From an uncultured bacterium (lineage in GTDB: Bacteria; Patescibacteriota; Gracilibacteria; UBA1369; PNNO01): a stretch of 32,000 nucleotides of DNA. Under the pieces are notes generated by a model. It made no database searches and was not told where the DNA came from. It saw only the letters and a list, made by a program, of their open reading frames with translations. Position numbers and translations under genes: made by a program. The DNA lies in NCBI GenBank assembly GCA_963704705.1, contig OY969931.1, forward strand, positions 1,200,001 through 1,232,000, written 5' to 3'. Below are positions 22,505 to 32,000 of this stretch, in pieces (position 1 is the first letter of the stretch; each line of letters begins with the position of its first letter).

Positions 22505-23635
22505 ATGACTAAAAAAGAAATTTCTCTGCCAAGAGTTATAGTGTCTGCCACTCTTAAACTCGGCTCATTTTTCGTGCTCTTTTTTGTTGGAGCCGGCAGG
22601 CTTGATTACTGGCAGGGCTGGGGCTTCACAATATTGCTACTAGGAACTTCGATCACAGCTTTTATCCTGTTCCGAAAAAACAAGGCATTATTTGAAGAAA
22701 GACTAAAGCCAGGCCCGGGAATGAAATGGTGGGACAGAATATTCTGGTTCTTTAATATTTTTCTGTTCATGGGAATTTTGGTTGTGGGCATTTTGGATGG
22801 CGGAAGATTTATGTGGACAACTAATATTCCGACTTGGGTATATATACTAAGTTATATTGGCTACATTTTGGGATGTATAATTTTATTCTGGTCAATGTGG
22901 ACCAATCAGTTTTTTTCAACTGTTGTGAGAATCCAAAAAGACCGCGGACAAAAAGTGATAACAAGCGGTCCTTATAAAATAGTAAGACATCCGGGTTATT
23001 TTGGGGCGATATTTGTAATGCTGTCTTGCGGCCCGATTCTTGGATCTTACTGGGCAATGATTGGCGGCGGACTTTGGGTATTGGCAATTATAATCAGAAC
23101 TTATATGGAAGACAAAACTCTGCAAAAAGAACTTGAAGGCTACAAAGAATACACAAAAAAAACACGCTTCAGATTAATTCCAGGCTTTTGGGCTTTTTTA
23201 CTGACTTTAACAATCCTTGGCGGCTGCGGAGCATCAAACAATCAAATCACGTGGGATAAATACGAAGGCCAATGGTTTGATGTAGAATTTCCATCAAACT
23301 TCACTGCAATTGAATTAAATGAAAAAGACGCGGCAATGTTTGTTAATGAAAATGAAGATTGTATATTTTATGTTTATTCACCACAATGGGCCGGCAAATC
23401 TGAAATGGAAGAAAAATATGAAGCAGAAGAGTTGGTTTCTGAAGTAACAGAAGGGAATAAAACAACTTCAATATATAAAAATGAAGATACAGACTTAATT
23501 AGAGAAATTGAAGTTACAGAAGAAAACAATGCGACAGTAAGATATGTGTTTTTATACGGTCATAGCATTAATAAAGACAACTGCAGGCCCGAATATGAAA
23601 AATTTAAGGCGTCATTGAAGCAATATGCAGATTAA
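22505..23635 (+). CDS. ICMT/PEMT-like membrane methyltransferase fused to a lipoprotein-like C-terminal domain
   Basis: 376 aa. VITSGPYKIVRHPGYFGA is the ICMT-family motif. The internal KKTRFRLIPGFWAFLLTLTILGGC (Cys241, codon 23225-23227) looks like a complete lipoprotein signal. Confidence 0.75.
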   Translation: MTKKEISLPRVIVSATLKLGSFFVLFFVGAGRLDYWQGWGFTILLLGTSITAFILFRKNKALFEERLKPGPGMKWWDRIFWFFNIFLFMGILVVGILDGGRFMWTTNIPTWVYILSYIGYILGCIILFWSMWTNQFFSTVVRIQKDRGQKVITSGPYKIVRHPGYFGAIFVMLSCGPILGSYWAMIGGGLWVLAIIIRTYMEDKTLQKELEGYKEYTKKTRFRLIPGFWAFLLTLTILGGCGASNNQITWDKYEGQWFDVEFPSNFTAIELNEKDAAMFVNENEDCIFYVYSPQWAGKSEMEEKYEAEELVSEVTEGNKTTSIYKNEDTDLIREIEVTEENNATVRYVFLYGHSINKDNCRPEYEKFKASLKQYAD

Positions 23636-23881
23636 TTAAGCGGCTTCTTCATTTTCACCTTCTAGTACTGCGAAAATTTTCTTTAAAACAGCGTTTTTTA
23701 AATAGTCGGTTTTTACAACCAAATCAAGATATGCAGCTTCTTCAACAGTAATTGTGCCGTTATTTAACATAAGCTTTCTTACGGATTCGTCACTTCCAAG
23801 GTAAATCATAACATTTCTAATCTGATCCGGCTTAAATTGTTCAAGAACTTCAATTTCATTTGTTGGTGTATCTAGAGCCAT
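23636..23881 (-). CDS. Hypothetical small protein
   Basis: 81 aa ORF convergent with the previous gene. Confidence 0.5.
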   Translation of the reverse strand: MALDTPTNEIEVLEQFKPDQIRNVMIYLGSDESVRKLMLNNGTITVEEAAYLDLVVKTDYLKNAVLKKIFAVLEGENEEAA

Positions 23882-24010
23882 AATTTAATGATTACAGGAT
23901 GTTATTATACAAAATTTCGACAAGTTGTCAATAATTTAAGTATTAGAACTGGCTTGATTTAAATTTTTTCTGTAAAATTACGTTAGTTTATACTTCTAAC
24001 CTAACTTAAT

Positions 24011-24724
24011 ATGCAAGTTTTATTAATTCTCGGCGTTATAGTCGTTGGAGTTGTTATTTTTGCTATTGCCGTATACAACTCGCTTATTGTACTTAAAAAC
24101 AAAGTTGATGAAGGATGGGCAGACATCGACACGCAATTAAAGAGAAGATGGGACCTTATCCCAAATATGGTGGAAACAGTAAAAGGTTATGCAAAACACG
24201 AAGCTCATGTTTTTGAAGCGGTTACCAAGGCAAGATCAACAGCCATGCAGGCATCAACACCTGAACAGCATGCACAAGCTGAAAATATGTTAACAGGTGC
24301 GTTAAAAAGCTTATTCGCAGTTGCTGAAAATTACCCTGAATTAAAAGCAAATCAGAACTTTTTGGATCTTCAGGCAACTTTAAAAGAAGTTGAAGAACAA
24401 ATTCAAATGTCACGAAGGTACTACAATGGTACAGTTAAAGACTTCAACACTAAACTTGAAATCTTTCCAAACAATATTCTTGCTGGAATGCTTGGCTTTA
24501 AAAAACGTGAATTCTTCGAAATAGCTGAAGAAGAAAGACAAAACGTAAAGGTTAGCTTCTCAGAGGAGAAACCAGCAGCACCAACTGCTCCAGCTGCGCC
24601 AGAAGCACCAGAAGCGCCAAAAGCTGAAGCTCATGCTGCACCAGAAAAAAAGGAAGAACACGGCGAGCATAGCGAGGCCTCTGGAGAGAGCGAAGCGAAC
24701 GAAGCAGAGTCTAAAAAAAATTAA
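24011..24724 (+). CDS. lemA: LemA family protein
   Basis: 237 aa with an N-terminal TM helix. YNSLIVLKNKVDEGWADIDTQLKRRWDLIPNMVETVKGYAKHE is the LemA core. The C-terminal tail is A/P/E-rich. Confidence 0.9.
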   Translation: MQVLLILGVIVVGVVIFAIAVYNSLIVLKNKVDEGWADIDTQLKRRWDLIPNMVETVKGYAKHEAHVFEAVTKARSTAMQASTPEQHAQAENMLTGALKSLFAVAENYPELKANQNFLDLQATLKEVEEQIQMSRRYYNGTVKDFNTKLEIFPNNILAGMLGFKKREFFEIAEEERQNVKVSFSEEKPAAPTAPAAPEAPEAPKAEAHAAPEKKEEHGEHSEASGESEANEAESKKN

Positions 24725-24728
24725 AATT

Positions 24729-26465
24729 ATGAAAAAATTCTCCTTATTAATATTTTTTGCTGTATTCTTTGCAACTACTGCTGTTGCAAGCGCTTCCTGG
24801 AATTTCCCATCAATCGATCAAACAATTGAAATCCAAGAATCAGGCAAAATTCGTGTGACTGAAACAATTATTGCTGATTTCACTCAAGATGCGCACAGAG
24901 GAATTTATCGTGAAATTCCGGTCCATTATAAAGACGAATTCGGGAATCCTTTTAATTTAAGATTTAAATTAATAAGTGTAACTGATGAAAACGGCAATCC
25001 TCAGCCAATTGACAGCCAAGGCAGAGATCTGTTTGCTGATGATTATTATTTAAGAATAGGTGATGCTGAAGTCTGGCTTAATGATAAGGAAACTTATGTA
25101 ATTACTTACGAAATCGAACGGGCAATTAATTATTTTGATGATCATGACGAATTATATTGGAATGTTTTTAGTTACTGGGAAGTGCCTGTATTAAACAGTA
25201 CCGCAACAGTTATTTTGCCTGAAGATGTAGATACTTCGAAAATGCAGACAGAGTGTTTTACTGGTTATTACGGCGGAACAGAAAGCACTTGTGATGCAGA
25301 AATTATTAACGGACACACCTTTAAATATACAGGCAAACAAATTTTTGAGCCGGGTGACGGTTTTACAATAGTGGCAGGATGGCCAAAAGGTCTTGTTAAA
25401 AAGCCATCAATCTTAAAAATTATTTTATGGGCTTTTTTGGATAACTGGGCACTGATGATTCCAATTTTTGTATTCATATTCATATTTTTGAAATGGTGGT
25501 ATACAGGCCGTGATCCAAAAACCAGAGACACTATATTTCCTCGTTATCAGCCACCAGAAGGTCTTAATGCTACAGAAGTTGGAACAATAATTGATGAACG
25601 TCTTGATATGCGCGACATTACAACTGTTGTGATTGACTATGCTGTTAAAGGCTACATTAAAATACGTGAATTCACATCAAAAAAAGGGTTTTTTACAGAC
25701 CAAAAAGACTACGAACTTATTAAGTTGAAATCTTACGATCAAGCGCCCGAACTCAAACCAATGGAGAAAAAAATACTTGATGATATGTTTGACGGAAAGG
25801 AAAAAATCAAAATTTCAGAACTTAAATATAAGTTTTATAAAAAATTACCTGATATTAAAAAGGAGACTTACAAAGGTCTGGTTAAAGACGGTTATTTTGT
25901 TCGCAATCCTGAAAATGTTCGAACAACCTATTATACAATTGGCGGAATTTTGATTGGTTCTGTTGTTTTTGCAGGCGGGCTTATTGCTGTTTTTGCCGGA
26001 TGGATGGGTGTAGTTGCCATTATTGCCAGCGGAATAATTTTTGTGGCTTTTGCAGGAGCTATGCCGCGCAAAACATTAAAAGGCGCAAATACATATATTG
26101 AAATTAGAGGACTTGAAGAATATATTCGCACTGCTGAACGCGACAGAATCAAATTCCAGGAACAGGAAAATCTTTTATTCGAAAAACTTTTACCTTATGC
26201 AATGGCTCTAAACCTTGCAGATAAATGGGCTGATGCATTCAAAGATATCTATAAAAAAGGCCCTGACTGGTTTGAATCAGATGACATGAGCGGATTTAAC
26301 ACAAACTATCTTGTTAATCGCTTAACCAACTTTAATACTCACGCCACAACAGCAATGGCAGCATCACCAAAAAGCTCTGGTTCTTCATCCTGGAGTGGTG
26401 GAAGCGGCTTTAGCGGCGGCTTTTCAGGCGGCGGCTTTGGCGGTGGCGGTGGCGGCGGCTGGTAG
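24729..26465 (+). CDS. DUF2207 domain membrane protein
   Basis: About 578 aa from ATG 24729. It has a signal peptide, central TM helices and a Gly-rich C-terminus (GGSGFSGGFSGGGFGGGGGGGW). LemA-DUF2207 pairing is typical. Confidence 0.85.
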   Translation: MKKFSLLIFFAVFFATTAVASASWNFPSIDQTIEIQESGKIRVTETIIADFTQDAHRGIYREIPVHYKDEFGNPFNLRFKLISVTDENGNPQPIDSQGRDLFADDYYLRIGDAEVWLNDKETYVITYEIERAINYFDDHDELYWNVFSYWEVPVLNSTATVILPEDVDTSKMQTECFTGYYGGTESTCDAEIINGHTFKYTGKQIFEPGDGFTIVAGWPKGLVKKPSILKIILWAFLDNWALMIPIFVFIFIFLKWWYTGRDPKTRDTIFPRYQPPEGLNATEVGTIIDERLDMRDITTVVIDYAVKGYIKIREFTSKKGFFTDQKDYELIKLKSYDQAPELKPMEKKILDDMFDGKEKIKISELKYKFYKKLPDIKKETYKGLVKDGYFVRNPENVRTTYYTIGGILIGSVVFAGGLIAVFAGWMGVVAIIASGIIFVAFAGAMPRKTLKGANTYIEIRGLEEYIRTAERDRIKFQEQENLLFEKLLPYAMALNLADKWADAFKDIYKKGPDWFESDDMSGFNTNYLVNRLTNFNTHATTAMAASPKSSGSSSWSGGSGFSGGFSGGGFGGGGGGGW

Positions 26466-26480
26466 GAATCACTCGGTGAT

Positions 26481-27605
26481 TTAGTTTTTATCTACCTCGT
26501 ATTTTTCGTATGGCGGCACGGATTTTTCGCCTTTTGGAATTTCAATATCTTTCATATGTTTTTCAAAGTCAGCTTTTATTTTTTTTGTTATTTTAGGTGG
26601 TTTTTGATTTGCTATTTCAGCCCAAACTTTATAAAAATCTTCCATTTGATCTAAATTAATTCGGCCTTCTGCAAAATTTTCAACTGCTCTTCGTTTAATT
26701 ATATACTCATAGAGCTTTTCAGGTGTCATTGAAATCCAATAATCAGCGTATCTTCTTAATAATTCCTGAAATTTCGGGTTTATTTTTGATTCAAAATCCT
26801 GCTTTAACTTAAGCGCCCTTTCTTTTTCTTTTTTAATTTGTTCTTCTAATTCTTGCTTTTTCGGTTCAAGAAATTCATTAAACCTGTCTTCCATTATTTG
26901 TGAATAATCATCACCGGGTTTCTTTGCATTAAATTCATCATATAGTGAAACAATATCAGCCAATGGATAAGGCGGAATCCACAATGCTTTGGTAAGATTA
27001 TCAAAAAGTTGAATTTGCACAGGAGCAGAGGATGTATCTTCAGTTACAAAACCGCTGTATAACTTATCGAAAAAATCATTATTAAATTGCGTGAATTTAT
27101 CTATTGCATCAAAAATTTTATCTGGATCCTGTTCTGTTGCTTTTACAAGCTGATCAATCCTGTTTTTTAAAACATCCAACATTGCATTCAAAAGATAAAC
27201 CACTTCCCTTCCAAAAGCATTTACTGTCTCGTTTCTGTTAAGTTCGATTTCTAAAATATTCGTATAATATAAAAGCGATTCTACTAAAACTTTAATTTCT
27301 TCAGGATTAGGCTTTTTGTCGCGCTCGGTGAGTAACGGACTTTTAAGTACTGTTGTGATATTTTCTTCGACAAATATAAAGTCACGCTTAATTTCCTTAA
27401 CTTGCTTCCATTTATCTTCTTCAGAAACCATATTTGAAAAATCCAAAACTGCCCGGGCTTCATCAGAAACATTGTCTAAAGTAAATCTCACAAGCCTGTC
27501 CACGGATCTCTCTTTTGCTGTAAGCTCAAGATCAGATTCTCTTGGTTCAAAACTTGGCAGGTATACTCTAGGATCGTTTGATTTTTTGTTTAATGAATGA
27601 TTCAT
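26481..27605 (-). CDS. Hypothetical helical protein
   Basis: 374 aa. No family recognised. Confidence 0.7.
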   Translation of the reverse strand: MNHSLNKKSNDPRVYLPSFEPRESDLELTAKERSVDRLVRFTLDNVSDEARAVLDFSNMVSEEDKWKQVKEIKRDFIFVEENITTVLKSPLLTERDKKPNPEEIKVLVESLLYYTNILEIELNRNETVNAFGREVVYLLNAMLDVLKNRIDQLVKATEQDPDKIFDAIDKFTQFNNDFFDKLYSGFVTEDTSSAPVQIQLFDNLTKALWIPPYPLADIVSLYDEFNAKKPGDDYSQIMEDRFNEFLEPKKQELEEQIKKEKERALKLKQDFESKINPKFQELLRRYADYWISMTPEKLYEYIIKRRAVENFAEGRINLDQMEDFYKVWAEIANQKPPKITKKIKADFEKHMKDIEIPKGEKSVPPYEKYEVDKN

Positions 27606-27649
27606 TAAAATACGCTTTAATATCCAAATATTATAGCATATTTTTATAA

Positions 27650-28372
27650 TTATTGCACACTAAAGCCACAATCTTTTAATAAGTCTCTTATTTGTTTATG
27701 TAGTGTATTTGCTTTTTTAATATCAAAAAATTCAGAAGGTTTTAATATATTTTGATTTACATACAATCCCAATTCATTACTTAATTGAGTTATGGCTGTA
27801 AATTCCTCAACATATAATTCCTGATTTTCAAGTACTATTTTATCTAAAGCCGCAGCCAAAACACCTAAATCCAATAAACTGTCGTGATCCCTTAATCTTA
27901 AAAAAGCTAATAACTGAGAATTGGCTGATATTAAAAACAACTGAGCCTGAATATCAGGAGTTATTCCAGTCATATGCTTGTATTCCTTTGATGATTTAGC
28001 TTGTAAAGACAGGTACAAAGGCAAAAGTGCATTCATAAATTCAGGTGGATTACCAGGATCCAGGGTTAAAAGCTCATCAAAAAATTGTTTTTCATCATCA
28101 GTAAAACCCTCACAATCGCTATTTGCATAATGCACACTTATTTCAGATAACAACCTGCTGATTTGCGTAACAGTTACTTGCACTTGCGGATATTGCTCCA
28201 CACTGTTAATAACAAAGAAAACTAGTTTTCTAATCATTTCCTGTGACTTTTGCAAAATAAGTTTAATTCTATCTTTGTCATTTAATTCCTGGACGCGAGG
28301 AAGTTCTTCAGGATGCGACAATTCAGCATCAAAAATACTCTTTGGCATAATAAAGTGAATTAAGGGAGGCAT
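27650..28372 (-). CDS. Hypothetical helical protein (start may be 28348)
   Basis: 240 aa. No family recognised. A TTGACA box lies 26 nt upstream of ATG 28372. Confidence 0.65.
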   Translation of the reverse strand: MPPLIHFIMPKSIFDAELSHPEELPRVQELNDKDRIKLILQKSQEMIRKLVFFVINSVEQYPQVQVTVTQISRLLSEISVHYANSDCEGFTDDEKQFFDELLTLDPGNPPEFMNALLPLYLSLQAKSSKEYKHMTGITPDIQAQLFLISANSQLLAFLRLRDHDSLLDLGVLAAALDKIVLENQELYVEEFTAITQLSNELGLYVNQNILKPSEFFDIKKANTLHKQIRDLLKDCGFSVQ

Positions 28373-28466
28373 TGTGGCAGTTTGTTGCTAGATTGTCAAG
28401 GGTATCGACCAAGGGGGTCGAGCAGACCGACTCGGTCGAGCGGGACGCGGGGGTTGGCCAGAACGT

Positions 28467-30440
28467 TTACATCCCGAACTCTTCGCGCAGCATTTCCACT
28501 TGGTCGCGAAGTTCCGCTGCTTTTTCGAATTCAAGGTTTTGGGCTGCAAGATCCATTTGATCTTCGAGGGTACGTATTAAATGCTTCATTTCATCTTTTG
28601 GTACCTTTGCGGTGTCGAATCTTTTTTCAACTTTACGGCCGCCGCCAAGGCTTGTTAAATCTTTAATGGCTTTTTTGATTGTTTCAGGTGTAATACCATG
28701 TTTTTTGTTGTATGCCTCCTGTTTTTTACGTCGACGATTGGTTTCGCCAATTGCCTGTTTCATTGCATCTGTTTTTCTATCGGCATACATTACAACAAAT
28801 CCATTCACATTACGAGCACAGCGTCCGATTGTCTGAATAAGTGCGGGAGCTGAACGTAAAAATCCCTGTTTATCCGCATCCAAAATCGCAATAAATGAAA
28901 CTTCCGGAAGATCCAAACCTTCACGTAACAGATTAATTCCAACCAAAACATCAAATTTGCCGAGACGCAGATCACGCAAAATCTCAATTCGCTCCAAAGT
29001 ATCAATATCTGAATGCAAATAGCGCACTTTTACACCTTGTTCTGTTAAATAATCAGTGAGTTCTTCGGATGAACGTTTGGTTAAAGTTGTGATTAGAACG
29101 CGTTCACCAGCTTTTACACGGTTTTTAATTTCTTTCATCAAATCTATAATCTGACCTTTGCTTGGACGAATTTCAACAATTGGATCAAGAAGACCGGTTG
29201 GCCTGATAATCTGCTCAACCACTTTTCTATCTGTTTTTGCCATTTCGTATTTGCCGGGAGTAGCAGAAACATAAACCGCCTGCTTTACATGGCCTTCAAA
29301 TTCCTCAAATTTCAATGGACGGTTATCCAAAGCTGAAGGCAAACGAAATCCATGCTCAATCAAGGTTTGTTTGCGCGACAAATTTCCATTGTGCATTGCC
29401 CCTATTTGCGGAACCGTCATATGTGATTCATCAATAATAACCAAAAAATCATCAGGAAAATAATCTATTAAAGTGGCGGGTTGCTGACCTGGTTCGCGCA
29501 TGTTTAAATATCGCGTATAATTTTCAATTCCGCTGCAGTATCCTGTTTCTAAAAGCATTTCAATATCATATTCCGTGCGGGTTTTTATGCGCTGAGCTTC
29601 AACGATTTTTCCCATTTTTTGAAGCTGATCATAACGTTCTTTTAGATCTATTTGGATTGCATCGACAGCTTTTTTAATTCTTTCTTCAGTTGTAACATCA
29701 TGTTTTGCAGGGAAGATTTTAACTTCTTCAAGTTCGTGCAGTTCTTCGCCTGTAAATCCATCAGCTTCAGTGATTCGTTCAAGTTCGTCTCCAAAAAACT
29801 CAAACCTGAAAATTGTGTCGCCTGATGGCGGATAAACCTCAACGGTATCACCTAAAACATGAAACATTCCTCTTCTGAATTCAAGCTGCGAACGCGAATA
29901 TTGAATGTCTGTTAAATGACGAAGCAATTTATCACGTTTGTAATTATCTCCTTTTTTTAATTCAATAGAAACATTCCCATATTCCTCAACCGATCCCAAT
30001 CCATAAATGCATGAAACAGAAGCAACAATCAAAACGTCATTGCGCGTAAGCAGGTTTTTTGTTGCCTGATGCCGAAATTTATCTATTTCTTCATTGATCG
30101 AAGAATCTTTCTCAATATATGTATCGGTAGCGGGCATATAAGCTTCAGGCTGGTAATAATCGTAATATGAAACAAAGTAGCTAATTGCGTTTTCAGGGAA
30201 AAACTCCTGAAACTCACTACAAAGCTGTGCGGTTAATGTTTTATTGTGAGCGATTATAAGTGTGGGTTTTTGAATTTGCTGAACAAGATTGGCCATTACA
30301 AAAGTTTTGCCTGTGCCTGTTGCGCCAAGTAAGACCTGGTGTTTCTTACCTTGATTAATCCCTTCAACAAGCTTACTTATTGCTTCGGGCTGATCTCCGG
30401 TTGGCTTAAAATCCGATACTAATTTGAATTTCTTATTCAT
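28467..30440 (-). CDS. uvrB: Excinuclease ABC subunit B
   Basis: 657 aa. Walker [13 protein letters not shown] box, beta-hairpin region and the C-terminal UVR motif [12 protein letters not shown]. Confidence 0.97.
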   Translation of the reverse strand: MNKKFKLVSDFKPTGDQPEAISKLVEGINQGKKHQVLLGATGTGKTFVMANLVQQIQKPTLIIAHNKTLTAQLCSEFQEFFPENAISYFVSYYDYYQPEAYMPATDTYIEKDSSINEEIDKFRHQATKNLLTRNDVLIVASVSCIYGLGSVEEYGNVSIELKKGDNYKRDKLLRHLTDIQYSRSQLEFRRGMFHVLGDTVEVYPPSGDTIFRFEFFGDELERITEADGFTGEELHELEEVKIFPAKHDVTTEERIKKAVDAIQIDLKERYDQLQKMGKIVEAQRIKTRTEYDIEMLLETGYCSGIENYTRYLNMREPGQQPATLIDYFPDDFLVIIDESHMTVPQIGAMHNGNLSRKQTLIEHGFRLPSALDNRPLKFEEFEGHVKQAVYVSATPGKYEMAKTDRKVVEQIIRPTGLLDPIVEIRPSKGQIIDLMKEIKNRVKAGERVLITTLTKRSSEELTDYLTEQGVKVRYLHSDIDTLERIEILRDLRLGKFDVLVGINLLREGLDLPEVSFIAILDADKQGFLRSAPALIQTIGRCARNVNGFVVMYADRKTDAMKQAIGETNRRRKKQEAYNKKHGITPETIKKAIKDLTSLGGGRKVEKRFDTAKVPKDEMKHLIRTLEDQMDLAAQNLEFEKAAELRDQVEMLREEFGM

Positions 30441-30449
30441 AGCTAAGAT

Positions 30450-30477
30450 ATTTTACCAGAAAAGCGAAAGTCTGCAA
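30450..30477 (-). promoter_or_regulatory. Possible uvrB promoter (very short leader)
   Basis: On the minus strand: TTGCAG (30477-30472), 16 nt spacer, TGG-TAAAAT (30458-30450). The -10 box ends only 9 nt before ATG 30440. Confidence 0.45.
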
Positions 30478-30542
30478 CTATTTAAGGAATAAATCAAGTT
30501 AAGTTTGTTGCGTAAAAAAATTCAAAACAGGATAATAAAATC

Positions 30543-31082
30543 ATGAAAAAGTTCCTCTCTTATTCACTTATCGCCACAGTGCTTATCGTCGTAATCGGCG
30601 TATTGTTTATTTTTGGAACATTTGATTTAAATATGGGGCAGACAAACACAATAGGTTCGGGTCAGGGTCCAATTGATTTCGTAAAAACACATAATGAAAT
30701 TGTTGATGCAATTCATGATTTAGCGATATCATCCACAAATATTAAAAATTTTTATAATGAAATGACTCCTGAAAGTGACCTGAATAATTTAAGAAGTCAG
30801 ATACAAACAATTAATGATAAAAAAGATAAATTAAAATCGATTTTAGGGAATGAGAATTTTAAAAAACAACAGTCCAAAACAGCTGATTTATTTGAAAAAG
30901 AATATTTGCCGGCAATTGAAACTCTCTGCAACACTTACCTTAAAGCAATATCTTACTTTGAAGAAAAAGAATACACGCAGGAATCCATTGATTCATTCAA
31001 AGGCGTGCTAAATGCATCTGAACAAAAACTTCAGGATGCCCACAATAATTTTGTAGATGACCTCAATTCACACAAACACTAA
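30543..31082 (+). CDS. Hypothetical membrane-anchored helical protein
   Basis: 179 aa with an N-terminal TM helix. Confidence 0.6.
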   Translation: MKKFLSYSLIATVLIVVIGVLFIFGTFDLNMGQTNTIGSGQGPIDFVKTHNEIVDAIHDLAISSTNIKNFYNEMTPESDLNNLRSQIQTINDKKDKLKSILGNENFKKQQSKTADLFEKEYLPAIETLCNTYLKAISYFEEKEYTQESIDSFKGVLNASEQKLQDAHNNFVDDLNSHKH

Positions 31083-32000
31083 TTAGAAATAATTATTTCC
31101 GGCATTCCACAAAGCATAGCCTTTTGCTCCTTCGTCGTATGCTGCTTTAACCTGTTCGTCTACATACCACTGACCATAATTGCTCACTCGCCATGCAAAA
31201 GCCTGCAGCCATGGCCTTACAGCTGTTTTTGTTCCTTCTAAATATTTATTAAATAAAGATAAGCTCTCCTGAACAAAATAATAAGGTTCATCACCTGGAT
31301 TGGCAAAACCCGCAAAGCCCGGACCAAAATGTGAAGGGTAAACCATCGGATAAACAACATCGATATAAGGTCCTAAACATCCCATTTTTTGACCTGTAGA
31401 CTGCGAATCATATTCGTTATTCCAGACAATCACTCCGTAAACATCCATAGAAAGCTTGGATTCGTAAGGCTTTAATCTGTCGTGTACGCGCGCAATAAAA
31501 TTTCTGATTACTTCATATTTTTCTGTTGTGGTTTCATCAAAATTGTATGCCGTACTGCTTACAGGCCCCAGAGTCGGAAAGCGAATATAATCAAATTGAA
31601 TTTCATCAACGCCGGCCTTAGCGAGATCTTCAACCAAATTTAAAATATAATTTTGTGTTTCTTCATTTGAAGGATCAACCCAGACCACGCCTTCCTGATT
31701 AGACCATGGTCCCCCGTTTACACTTTGAACAGCCAAATCAGGCCTTGCTGTAGCCAAATTTATATCTTTAAAAGCAACAAGTCGTGCAGCAAGATAAATG
31801 CCTTTGTCATGCCAGTATCTAACATAATTTTCAAGATTCGGATAAAGAATTTTATCCTGAGCATTAGTGTCGTGCGCTAATTGAGCTGTTGTAGGAAAAT
31901 AAACCTGACCATCAATTTCTTTAACATCAAAAATCACAAGCTGGCCGCCTTTTTCTTTTAATTGATCAGCCAAAATCGGCCCCTGATTTGAACTGGCTGT
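31083..32000 (-). CDS. DUF4015-like putative glycoside hydrolase (TIM barrel), 5'-partial
   Basis: The frame is open to the right edge of the window. VIFDVKE..G, DEIQFDYIRFP and YPSHF resemble the GHL/DUF4015 family as I remember it. Confidence 0.7.
   Translation of the reverse strand, partial: TASSNQGPILADQLKEKGGQLVIFDVKEIDGQVYFPTTAQLAHDTNAQDKILYPNLENYVRYWHDKGIYLAARLVAFKDINLATARPDLAVQSVNGGPWSNQEGVVWVDPSNEETQNYILNLVEDLAKAGVDEIQFDYIRFPTLGPVSSTAYNFDETTTEKYEVIRNFIARVHDRLKPYESKLSMDVYGVIVWNNEYDSQSTGQKMGCLGPYIDVVYPMVYPSHFGPGFAGFANPGDEPYYFVQESLSLFNKYLEGTKTAVRPWLQAFAWRVSNYGQWYVDEQVKAAYDEGAKGYALWNAGNNYF

Noticed and set aside
24633-24728. Upstream extension of the DUF2207 ORF (start at 24633)
   Set aside because: It overlaps the LemA C-terminus in another frame and encodes a basic low-complexity stretch. 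ATG 24729 is followed by a typical signal peptide (MKKFSLLIFFAVFF..).
28372-28836. ORFs 28372-28560, 28382-28666 and 28612-28836 (+)
   Set aside because: They lie antisense to, or overlap, the strongly supported uvrB gene and the GC-rich patch. Their Arg/Ser-rich translations are typical of spurious antisense frames.
30441-30542. SOS/LexA box upstream of uvrB
   Set aside because: No CTGT-N8-ACAG or GAAC-N4-GTTC type palindrome is visible in the divergent intergenic region.

Overview
AT-rich prokaryotic window with bacterial-type TTGACA/TATAAT promoters, lipoboxes and ATGA-coupled operons. The gene content fits an uncultured small-genome bacterium, but the lineage cannot be determined from this window. 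All product calls come from motifs I recognise by eye; no searches were run.

Positions 1-8920 are the distal part of an integron-type gene-cassette array.
- There are 12 same-orientation attC-like sites. Ten are 101-157 bp, one is a 422 bp composite, and the last is degenerate.
- Each site begins with an RYYYAAC-like inverse core (R'') and ends with a GTTRRRY-like core (R'). A covarying terminal stem and two covarying internal hairpins lie between them.
- The sites delimit 11 complete cassettes of 0.4-1.4 kb. These carry mostly small orphan ORFs: a GNAT acetyltransferase, a frameshifted pyroglutamyl peptidase, DUF4256, a DUF2335-like pair, a lipoprotein and small membrane proteins.
- For every cassette, the bases just right of the upstream G|TT are the reverse complement of the bases just left of that cassette's own AAC (8-24 nt). 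This is the footprint expected from integrase-mediated cassette insertion.
- No integrase or attI lies in the window. By orientation they should be beyond the left edge.

Oddities inside the array:
- One attC carries a 97-codon ORF nested in one of its hairpin arms.
- One attC has a doubled R'' box.
- A conserved ATTATACCACC bulge reads as an extended -10 (TGGTATAAT) on the bottom strand.
- Three cassettes are inverted, and two of these have their own promoters.
- Several cassette genes are frameshifted.

Positions 8.9-32 kb look like ordinary chromosome. They encode two CPBP/CAAX protease paralogs, alpha-glucan phosphorylase, a SIMPL protein, an MgtE-type channel domain, an RRM RNA-binding protein, HupE/UreJ, Bcp peroxiredoxin, an ICMT-like methyltransferase, LemA plus DUF2207, UvrB, a DUF4015-like hydrolase and many unknowns.

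Second-look items in this part:
- a roughly 240 bp GC-rich island holding a GC3-rich mini-ORF
- a 4 x 18 bp palindrome-containing tandem repeat in a divergent promoter region
- a similar GC-rich repeat patch downstream of uvrB
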